Assembly (NCBI RefSeq): GCF_000020025.1
Contig: NC_010628.1
Span: 2,550,001-2,582,000, forward strand
Source: Nostoc punctiforme PCC 73102
Lineage (GTDB): Bacteria; Cyanobacteriota; Cyanobacteriia; Cyanobacteriales; Nostocaceae
Direction of reading: 5' to 3'
Length of the DNA stretch: 32,000 nt
Shown here: piece by piece, positions 7,962 through 15,254 of the stretch
How the letters are laid out: each line of letters starts with the position of its first letter
Numbering within the stretch: the first letter of the stretch is position 1
Notes under the pieces: model-generated
Database searches by the model: none
The model's input: only the letters and a program-made list of their open reading frames with translations
Told to the model about the DNA's origin: nothing
Translations under genes and position numbers: made by a program

Positions 7962-8228
7962 TTACAATTTAGATGCATTCTCGTGGTGCTGGGCGAGGTA
8001 ACATGAAGCACGAAAACGCAACTCAATCAACTGGTTGTACAGCGGGTTGAGCTTACACAAAGGTGGAATGTACATAATCAGATAGCCAAATAAGTTGATG
8101 TTGCGTTCAAATGGACAAGTAGATGGAATGACTCGGCATAACAATTGCGCCAATGCAGTATTATGAATTTCGATAGTATCTAGCTTTTGTTGTACTATTT
8201 GTAGTATATCCAATTTGTGTACATTCAT
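7962..8228 (-). CDS. small protein resembling the 'Mo-dependent nitrogenase C-terminal' domain family
   Basis: LCRVIPSTCPFERNINLFGYLIMYIPPLCKLNPLYNQLIELRFRASCYLAQ matches my memory of the conserved CPFER...IPPLCKLNPLY...LRFRA core of that cyanobacterial family. Start placed at the ATG at 8228, 7 nt after GAGGGA; the track start is a TTG. Confidence 0.55.
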   Translation of the reverse strand: MNVHKLDILQIVQQKLDTIEIHNTALAQLLCRVIPSTCPFERNINLFGYLIMYIPPLCKLNPLYNQLIELRFRASCYLAQHHENASKL

Positions 8229-8442
8229 AGTGAGTTCCCTCAAATTACAGAGTTCACATCATCCCTGAGCAGTTCCGGTTACCACAGGGGATGCAAGAAG
8301 AGATATATAGATATCAAGTCTGCGATCGCTCTTGCTCTGCTAAACTTTACTCAAACCTGATTACTTGTCAGTTTGCCAATTCTCAAAAATTTTAACCAGT
8401 CAATATCTATAAGTTAAGCAGCAATTTAAAGGTGGATCGGAT

Positions 8443-8491
8443 GTCATTGGTCATTGGTCATTTGCTATTGGTCATTTGTCATTCGTCATTC
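8443..8491. repeat. STRR-type heptamer tandem repeat (7 units)
   Basis: The array reads gtcattg gtcattg gtcattt gctattg gtcattt gtcattc gtcattc. It contains the TTGGTCA heptamer described as a short tandemly repeated repetitive (STRR) sequence in heterocystous cyanobacteria. Confidence 0.8.
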
Positions 8492-9357
8492 AGCAATACC
8501 CCATGCCCCAAATAAATTCCTATTTTTCCGAAATATTTTCCATTGATATTGGGTTAAGCATAGTTTAACATCAGAATAAATAATTGCTCTTCTTAGCCTG
8601 TCATCTCATGTTTTTGTATCGCTAAATCTCACTTTAAATAACCTTATCTTCAATGCCAGCAAGGTTTTTAGAGATTAAAATAACTTATTTTAAGGTAGTG
8701 TAGCTTGCAATTATCTCCACTTTTTTTGCAGGATTACCTTAAGTTGCTGTTTAAGTTAGTGATTTTTAATCGACAAAATTTCGTTAAGTAGCGAAACTGA
8801 ATTTTAGCAAAACGAAAGTTCTCCTGAGTTCCAAGTTCTGAGTAATCAGTAGGGATACTCAATTATTTACTCACAACTGTACACTCATGACTTTTACTGC
8901 TTTGAAGCCTTTTGCTTTGGAGTTTCATACAATTCATAAAAAAAGGTACTTTATGTTAAAATTTGTTAATTTAAGTAATATTTGGTATCTTTACTAGTGG
9001 TTATCGATTAGCTTATGTAAGTAAATACCTCAGCTATATTAATCAAAACTGTGCTATTTTATGGATGTATAACTTTTCATTTTTGTCCTTAATGTTAAGG
9101 TAACTAATTCTTAACCTTGAAGGAAACATTTTTGTAAATTTAGCTTGAGTTAGATAAAATACATTGAGTAGCAAATTATAATGAGCGAAGAAACTTTTTT
9201 GTCAATTGTTCGTGTATAATCTAACCAAGCTGATGGATAATTACATAGTCTTTTAACAAGACAAAACTAAGCTTTTACCTCTACAATTTACTCTTTTTAG
9301 AGTTTTCAGTTTCTACATCAAGACTCGATCTTAGGAAAATCGTCTAACCGACTGTTG

Positions 9358-9397
9358 GCAACTTTAAAATTTCATGTGAGTATACTTTTAAAGTTGC
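9358..9397. repeat. perfect 12-bp inverted repeat with 16-nt spacer in the AT-rich gap
   Basis: GCAACTTTAAAA (9358..9369) and TTTTAAAGTTGC (9386..9397) are exact reverse complements. The site is about 320 nt upstream of the ThDP-enzyme ATG. It could be an operator or an RNA hairpin; function unknown. Confidence 0.3.
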
Positions 9398-9481
9398 AAT
9401 CTAAAACTATGAGTGGCTGATTAAGGTTTTCGGATGGATGTTAAATAAAAAAAGACCTAAGCACTTTTTAATTTTCTCTAT

Positions 9482-9501
9482 AAAAGGACTTGAGTCCTTT
9501 T
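9482..9501. terminator. A/T-flanked hairpin AAAAGGAC-TTGA-GTCCTTTT (terminator-like)
   Basis: An 8-bp stem with a tetraloop, then a T run on the plus strand and an A run before it, so it could act on both strands. The same 16-nt core occurs in reverse-complement orientation at 19286..19301. Confidence 0.35.
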
Positions 9502-9712
9502 TGCCAAATCAGATTCAGTTGATTAATCTATATAAAGTAATAAATAAAACATTTTCTGGAGTGAAAATCCCTATAAAATGATGACGTAAAGCATACGATT
9601 CAACCAGTTGCAAGCATTATTAATCCATTCTTTTGCAGACACTATGACTAGGTCAAATTCATGTTCAGATTTATCCTTAAGTTAATGTAGACACCAAAAT
9701 ATACCCAGTATT

Positions 9713-11581
9713 ATGAGTTCAACACATTGTCCTGTAAATCCTCCCACACATCAATATTTGGAGCAAAATATGTTGGTATTATCAGAGGCAACTACACAAT
9801 TAAAGTATCCATCGAAGGCTTTCGTTTCTTTCCCGGAAAGTAACTCATTGATTGCAGACATCCAAGCAAGTACGTCGTTGGATACATTTGCTTTCAATAA
9901 TCAAGACTCAGAGTCGATTTCAGTTGCTTCTGCAATTGTGAAAATGCTAGAAGACTTGGGAGTGGAATATGCGTTTGGTGTTTCCGGAGGTGCGATCGCT
10001 CCTGTATGGTACAAACTACAACATAGTTCAATTAAGTTACTGCACTTTCGTCACGAAGCCGGAGCAGCCTTTGCAGCCACCGAAGCCTATTTTGCGAGTG
10101 GTCGCCCGGTTGTAGTGTTTACGACATCAGGGCCGGGGATCACCAATGCCCTGACTGGATTATTAGCTGCACGCTGGGAAGATGCCAAAGTAATTTTTCT
10201 GTCGGCTTCTACCTCTGCACCACAGCGAGGACGTTGGGCACTTCAAGAAACCAGCACCTACACCATGCCCAGTGCCGGACTTTTTACCTCGGATTCCCTC
10301 TTCCATTACGCAACTACTCTCGAATGTAGTGAGGAACTTCCAGAAGTCTATCGAAGGCTAGCCAAAGGTTTAGCCCGACCCGATGGCTTTGTAGCACACT
10401 TGAGTATCCCCACTAACATCCAAACCAATTCAGTCGAGAAATCTTTGCCACCAGTCACACTCTCTTTTGCTGCACCAACAGCCAGTGACGAAGCCATCTC
10501 AGAATGTGGACACTTACTTTCGGAAGGGCCATTTGCCATCTGGGTTGGCTTTGGTGCGCGGTTTGCAGCGGCTGAGATTCGCCAGCTAGCTGAGAGGACA
10601 GGGGCAGGGGTGATGTGTTCACCACGTGGGAAAGGTATTTTTCCAGAGGATCATCCTCAATTTGTGGGGATCACGGGTTTTGCTGGACATGAATCAGTTC
10701 TGAGATATATGCAAGAACACCGTCCTCTAAGGACATTAGTACTCGGAACACGTCTTGGTGAATTTACCTCATTTTGGAACCCCGCGATGATCCCTTTGCG
10801 GGGATTTTTGCATGTTGACATCAATCCAGATGTGCCAGGAACCGCTTACCCATCTAGCGAGACGATCGCTATTCAGTCTGACGTGAAAATGTTTGTCAAA
10901 GCCTTACTCAAGCGCTTTCCGAAGCGGCAAAATCGGGCAAAAAAACAGTCTTTGCCTAGACCTGAAAGGAGTGTAATCAATGCCAGCACAAATAGTCCGG
11001 TGCGGCCTGAAGTACTGATGAATCTCATGCAACGAGTGATTGTTGAAGGTAGCGATGCCATCGTCATGGCTGAAGGAGGCAATTCATTTGCTTGGGCAAT
11101 TAACCTACTGCGATTTAGCAAACCGGGACGTTTCCGGGTCAGCACTGGATTTGGGGCTATGGGTCACTTCGTTACTAGCGTTGTGGGTGCAGCTTTAACA
11201 CATCAAGGTAAAGCGATCGCGATCGTTGGAGATGGTGCCATGCTGATGAACAATGAAGTCAGCACAGCCGTGAGGTATCAGATACCTGCGGTTTGGATTG
11301 TCCTCAATGATGCACGCTACAACATGTGCGAACAAGGTTCCCAAATGCAGGGTTACGAGAGCATGGATGTAGAAATACCACAGACAGATTTCGTCATGCT
11401 TGCCCGCAGCATGGGAGCCGACGGCATCCGTGTTGAAAAAGAGTCTGATATCCAAGCAGCATTAGAGATAGCAATGGCTTCTACTAGTCCATTCGTTATT
11501 GATGTACTTATCGACCATACTAGATTGGCACCGATTGGAACTCGTATTTTTAGTTTGATGTCACAAGGCGCTAAAAATTAG
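9713..11581 (+). CDS. thiamine-diphosphate-dependent enzyme of the acetolactate-synthase / acyloin-synthase fold
   Basis: The three-domain ALS layout is visible: GVEYAFGVSGGAIAPVW, FRHEAGAAFAATEAY (catalytic Glu), GPGITNALTGLLAA, and the ThDP-binding motif VGDGAMLMNNEVSTAV...VLNDARYN. About 65 aa of N-terminal sequence has no counterpart in ALS enzymes, so the true start is uncertain. Confidence 0.9.
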   Translation: MSSTHCPVNPPTHQYLEQNMLVLSEATTQLKYPSKAFVSFPESNSLIADIQASTSLDTFAFNNQDSESISVASAIVKMLEDLGVEYAFGVSGGAIAPVWYKLQHSSIKLLHFRHEAGAAFAATEAYFASGRPVVVFTTSGPGITNALTGLLAARWEDAKVIFLSASTSAPQRGRWALQETSTYTMPSAGLFTSDSLFHYATTLECSEELPEVYRRLAKGLARPDGFVAHLSIPTNIQTNSVEKSLPPVTLSFAAPTASDEAISECGHLLSEGPFAIWVGFGARFAAAEIRQLAERTGAGVMCSPRGKGIFPEDHPQFVGITGFAGHESVLRYMQEHRPLRTLVLGTRLGEFTSFWNPAMIPLRGFLHVDINPDVPGTAYPSSETIAIQSDVKMFVKALLKRFPKRQNRAKKQSLPRPERSVINASTNSPVRPEVLMNLMQRVIVEGSDAIVMAEGGNSFAWAINLLRFSKPGRFRVSTGFGAMGHFVTSVVGAALTHQGKAIAIVGDGAMLMNNEVSTAVRYQIPAVWIVLNDARYNMCEQGSQMQGYESMDVEIPQTDFVMLARSMGADGIRVEKESDIQAALEIAMASTSPFVIDVLIDHTRLAPIGTRIFSLMSQGAKN

Positions 11582-11620
11582 AGCATTGCATACTTGCAGA
11601 ATGACTTGAGATTTGTGACT

Positions 11621-11723
11621 AGGACTTACGCCAAATATCTTTCCAACTCTCATTTCTTCGTGTCCTCTGCGCCTCTGCGGTAGCCTGCGGCAAGCCACTT
11701 CTCTACGAGACGCTACGCGAACG
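11621..11723. repeat. composite small dispersed repeat / MITE-like filler between the ThDP and KASIII genes
   Basis: Begins with AGGACTTACGC, which is also part of the terminal repeat of the IS at 25414/27837. It ends with CACTTCTCTACGAGACGCT (11696..11714), which is identical over 19 nt to 18938..18956. Confidence 0.45.
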
Positions 11724-11776
11724 TGTTTACGTTATTCCATATAATCAGCAACCCCAAAATTCAAGGAGATATCATA

Positions 11777-12916
11777 GTGAATTACCCAGTAGGCATTAGA
11801 TCGCTAGCATTGAGCTTGCCAAGCATCAAGCGTACAAACGATTACTATACAAATAAGTATCCCGAAGCGATCGCTCAGTCCGAGCAAAAAAGTTTAGCAA
11901 GATTGTTTTCCCTTGCTGGCTCTACCCCCAGCAACGAGTTTGACTCAGAAATGTTGCCCTATATCAAAGACCCTTTTCGCGGCACTGTCCACCGATGGGT
12001 ACTAGCACCAGATGAATCCTCACTCATGCTGCAAGAGCGTGCAGCTCGTGAAGCTCTGGACGCAGCAAAACTGACTCTCAAAGAAATCGATCTCATGCTC
12101 GTCGCCTCAGTTTGGCCTGAACAAATTGGATTTGGCGATGCTGCTTTTCTCGCTGGTAAACTTGGCTTAGAAGGTGCTGCGTGGAATCTTGATGCAGCCT
12201 GTGGCGTAACCCCAGTTGCACTACAAACTGCCTTTGCCTTAGTCCGAGCCGGAGAGTATCGCAATGTACTAGTGGTCATTTCATGTGCATACTCTCGTTT
12301 TTTCGATGAAGACGATACCCTGTCATGGTTCATGAGTGATGGTGCTGGAGCTTGCGTAGTCAGTTCACTCGCACCAAATCAAGGCATCCTTGGCACAAAG
12401 ACCATTCATACTGCTGCTTTATGTAATAGCTTTTTTGCCAAACTCACCGAGGATGACCAGGGTAATCCACACATACACATGCGGATGGGCAAAGGCGCAA
12501 ATAAAGCCATCCGCGAAACGGCTGTAGGGCAACTGCGTACTTGTTGTGAAGGCGCACTGGCGGCAGCCAATGTCAAACTTGAGGAAATTGACTTTTTTAT
12601 TTTCAATACATCCACTGCTTGGTCAGCAAGCTTCTGCACACGCGTACTAGGCATTGACCCAGAGCGGACAATCAATCTTTACTCTGAGTATGCAAACATT
12701 GGTCCAGTAATCACCATAGCCAATCTGTACTATGCTGCACAACTGGGCAAGATTCACGAAAATGACTTAGTTCTTATTTATGGTTTGGGTGCAGCAGGTG
12801 CCGCCTCTGCAAGTGTCATGCGTTGGGGCGATGTAGCATTAGGTTCTGTTCCAAATCTCCACCAACCTGAAATAATACTGAAAAGTTCCTTAGATCGTAG
12901 CTTAGTTGTTTGCTAA
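11777..12916 (+). CDS. KASIII-like thiolase-fold enzyme, atypical active site (Cys / Asn / Asn)
   Basis: NLDAACGVTPVAL matches the FabH AAACAGFTYAL block (Cys present) and MSDGAGACVV matches FGDGAGAAVL. FIFNTSTAW replaces VPHQANLRI, so His becomes Asn. YANIGPVIT matches HGNTSAASV, so Asn is kept. Start set at the GTG at 11777, 8 nt after AAGGAG; the track start at 11723 lies inside a repeat element. Confidence 0.8.
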   Translation: MNYPVGIRSLALSLPSIKRTNDYYTNKYPEAIAQSEQKSLARLFSLAGSTPSNEFDSEMLPYIKDPFRGTVHRWVLAPDESSLMLQERAAREALDAAKLTLKEIDLMLVASVWPEQIGFGDAAFLAGKLGLEGAAWNLDAACGVTPVALQTAFALVRAGEYRNVLVVISCAYSRFFDEDDTLSWFMSDGAGACVVSSLAPNQGILGTKTIHTAALCNSFFAKLTEDDQGNPHIHMRMGKGANKAIRETAVGQLRTCCEGALAAANVKLEEIDFFIFNTSTAWSASFCTRVLGIDPERTINLYSEYANIGPVITIANLYYAAQLGKIHENDLVLIYGLGAAGAASASVMRWGDVALGSVPNLHQPEIILKSSLDRSLVVC

Positions 12917-13018
12917 ATATAGGACTCATATTTGATTGCGTAAGAAATCCGGTTTACACCTAACGCAAAAGGCAAGAAGCAATTAATACTTTTCCTATTC
13001 CCTATTCCTCATTCCCTT

Positions 13019-13996
13019 ATGAAAAAACAATTTTTGGCGACAGGTTTCTTTTTGTTGTCTTTGATGTTTCCACTCAAAGCTTCGGCACAAAATTATGACG
13101 ATATTTATGTCTTTGGTGACAGCTTATCGGATACGGGTAATGTATTTAATTTCACAAATGGAGCTATTCCCCCAAACCCGACCTACTTTAATGGACGTTT
13201 TTCCAATGGCCCAATTTGGGTGGAATATCTCGCCTCTGAGTTAGGGTTAACTTTCAATCCGAACAACAACTTCGCCTTCGGTGGTGCAACTACAGGAACC
13301 GATAATTTAGGACTAAGTTTCCTACCAGGATTAAAACAAGAAATTAATGATTTTACAACAACAAATAACTCTGCTAATCCGAACGCGCTTTATATCATTT
13401 GGGCTGGTACTAATGATTATTTGGAGTACTTTTATGGTAATACTCCTAACCCAACAGAATCTGTCAGCAATTTATCCTCAGCAATAACCTCCCTGGCTGG
13501 TGTGGGCGCTGAAAATATTTTGGTAGTTAATTTACCAGATTTAGGAAAGTTTCCAGTTACAGGTGACAATAGTCAAACAGCAAGCGCACTAAGCACTTTC
13601 ACAAATGTACATAACTCTGATTTAACGAAGACTATTAATTTGTTAAACCAGGAACTAAGTCCTGAGACTAATATTATTCCTCTCGATGTTAATTCTTTAT
13701 ATAATCGCATCATTGCTACTCCCGAAGAATTCGGTTTTACAAATGTCACCGACTCTTGCATCGGAGATTTATCGGTCGTGCCCATTGAGGTTCTGGTGAA
13801 GCCAGTTGTATGTAATCCAGACCAGTTTTTATTCTGGGATGAAGTGCATCCAACAACTGCTACTCATCAGCTAATTGGAGAATTAGCATTTTTAGCATTG
13901 AAGTCGGCCTCTGTCCCTGAATCTTCTAATGTGTTAGGAGTATTGATATTTGCTGCTTTATGTGTGATTTCGCTACGAAAACGTCATAGCTATTAG
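13019..13996 (+). CDS. secreted GDSL/SGNH esterase-lipase with C-terminal PEP-CTERM sorting signal
   Basis: Signal peptide MKKQFLATGFFLLSLMFPLKASA. GDSL block I is IYVFGDSLSDTGN and block V is FWDEVHPT. The C-terminus VPESSNVLGVLIFAALCVISLRKRHSY has a PE-S motif, a hydrophobic helix and a basic tail, which is the PEP-CTERM architecture. Confidence 0.85.
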   Translation: MKKQFLATGFFLLSLMFPLKASAQNYDDIYVFGDSLSDTGNVFNFTNGAIPPNPTYFNGRFSNGPIWVEYLASELGLTFNPNNNFAFGGATTGTDNLGLSFLPGLKQEINDFTTTNNSANPNALYIIWAGTNDYLEYFYGNTPNPTESVSNLSSAITSLAGVGAENILVVNLPDLGKFPVTGDNSQTASALSTFTNVHNSDLTKTINLLNQELSPETNIIPLDVNSLYNRIIATPEEFGFTNVTDSCIGDLSVVPIEVLVKPVVCNPDQFLFWDEVHPTTATHQLIGELAFLALKSASVPESSNVLGVLIFAALCVISLRKRHSY

Positions 13997-14037
13997 TCAG
14001 TGCAAAACAAACTAATCAAAAACAAAGGAGTATGCGC

Positions 14038-14790
14038 ATGAGTAGCCAATTGTATGGAAAAGTTGCCTTGGTGACTGGCGCTTCATCAGGTATAGGTAAA
14101 GCTACGGCGATCGCATTTGCCCGCGCTGGAGCCAAAGTTGTGGCTGCTAGCCGCCGCACCACCGAGGGAGAAGAAACCGCGCACTACATCCAAGAAATTG
14201 GAGGAGAAGCTATTTTCATCAAAACTGATGTGTCAAAGGCTGCTGATGTAGAGACACTAATTGAGAAAACCATAGATATTTATGGTCGTTTAGACTGTGC
14301 TTGCAACAATGCCGGACTTGGGGGTGCAGCCAGCCCGATCGCGGATATGTCGGAAAAAGACTGGGATCAACTGGTTGACGTAAATTTGAAAGGAACCTGG
14401 CTTTGTTTGAAGTACCAAATCAGGGCAATGCTCAAACAGGGAAGTGGGGCGATCGTCAATATCGCTTCCGCCGCTGGTGTGGTCGGTTTCCCTGGTTTTA
14501 CTGGCTACTGTGCTACTAAAGGTGGGGTCATCGCTTTAAGCAGAGCCGCAGCTATGGAGTATGCCAAAGCAGGTATCCGGATTAATGTTGTCAGTCCTGG
14601 TGCGATCGCCACTGATATGCTAGCTACGTTACCTACAGATGTACTTGCTCAACTCACAGCAATGCATCCCATCGGACGCATTGCCAAGCCTGAAGAGGTG
14701 GCTGAAAGTGTAGTCTGGTTATGTTCGGATGGTTCTTCATTTCTCGTCGGGCACAACATGATGGTTGATGGAGGATATACCGCTCAGTAA
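14038..14790 (+). CDS. short-chain dehydrogenase/reductase (FabG-like)
   Basis: Contains GKVALVTGASSGIGKATA (TGxxxGxG), NNAG, and YCATKGG (YxxxK). Start taken at the ATG at 14038, 8 nt after AAGGAG. Confidence 0.9.
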   Translation: MSSQLYGKVALVTGASSGIGKATAIAFARAGAKVVAASRRTTEGEETAHYIQEIGGEAIFIKTDVSKAADVETLIEKTIDIYGRLDCACNNAGLGGAASPIADMSEKDWDQLVDVNLKGTWLCLKYQIRAMLKQGSGAIVNIASAAGVVGFPGFTGYCATKGGVIALSRAAAMEYAKAGIRINVVSPGAIATDMLATLPTDVLAQLTAMHPIGRIAKPEEVAESVVWLCSDGSSFLVGHNMMVDGGYTAQ

Positions 14791-14902
14791 AGCACCGCAA
14801 CCCACTTCTGGACAGAGCTTTCAGTGCTAGCATTTCCCAGGTGCGATCGCTATTTTCCCTCGCAAACACTAAGGGATCTGCGGGTTAATAGTATCCCAAC
14901 CA

Positions 14903-14990
14903 GACGGGTTTCGACACTTCGACTGCGCTCAGTACATCGCTGCGCTCAACCCTCAGCCATCGAGAGTTGAGCGCAGTCGAAACTCGGTTT
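14903..14990. repeat. imperfect palindromic hairpin repeat downstream of the plus-strand operon
   Basis: GTTGAGCGCAGTCGAAACTCGG (about 14966..14987) is the reverse complement of segments on the left arm (CGGGTTTCGAC, TTCGACTGCGCTCA, GCTGCGCTCAAC). The left arm looks internally duplicated. Confidence 0.5.
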
Positions 14991-15102
14991 ACTGGTACTT
15001 TATTTTCATGCAAGTCCCTAATTGTGACATAACCTTTACTTGATAAAGCAGTTTCTCAAGTTTCCTCTGAGCATAACGTTCCTATTGAGCGCCTGCAAGT
15101 AA

Positions 15103-15170
15103 CCCAATACAGTTCAGATAAGACCCAAACACTTGTAGAGACGGCGATTTATCGCCGTCTCGAAAACCCA
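15103..15170. repeat. dispersed repeat containing the hairpin GAGACGGCGA-TTTA-TCGCCGTCTC (15138..15161)
   Basis: CCCAATACAGTTCAGATAAG..CCCAAA..TGTAGAGACGGCGATTTATCGCCGTCTCGAAAACC recurs at 19568..19660, where the hairpin module is doubled. It sits between the convergent SDR and STAND genes and may serve as a terminator. Confidence 0.5.
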
Positions 15171-15254
15171 AAATTTTTGCCATTAGCCCTTAACCCAAGC
15201 GTATTGCTTTCTACTGGTTAAATTACATGAAAATTGCTCTAATCTGTACGATCG

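Noticed and set aside
8443-8491. Possibility that the heptamer array is a CRISPR or a protein-coding repeat
   Set aside because: The units are 7 nt long and contiguous, with no spacers and no ORF. The array matches cyanobacterial STRR repeats.
9713-11581. ThDP enzyme as housekeeping acetolactate synthase (ilvB/G), or as scyA of a scytonemin cluster together with the tyrosinase at 19889..21223
   Set aside because: No ilvN or ilvC gene is adjacent and the N-terminal extension is atypical. No scyB-F-like genes are present, and the tyrosinase is separated by an unrelated STAND gene on the other strand. Neither assignment is supported, although ilvB-like ancestry cannot be excluded without a search.
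11723-11776. Upstream start (11723) for the second KASIII gene
   Set aside because: That start lies inside the dispersed repeat ending ...GAGACGCTACGCGAACG. The GTG at 11777 has a well-spaced AAGGAG.
10348-12675. Minus-strand ORFs 10348..10539, 10873..11145, 11195..11455, 11959..12333 and 12406..12675
   Set aside because: They are antisense to the ThDP and KASIII genes. Their Ala/Ser/Arg-rich translations are typical of the reverse frames of GC-rich coding DNA.
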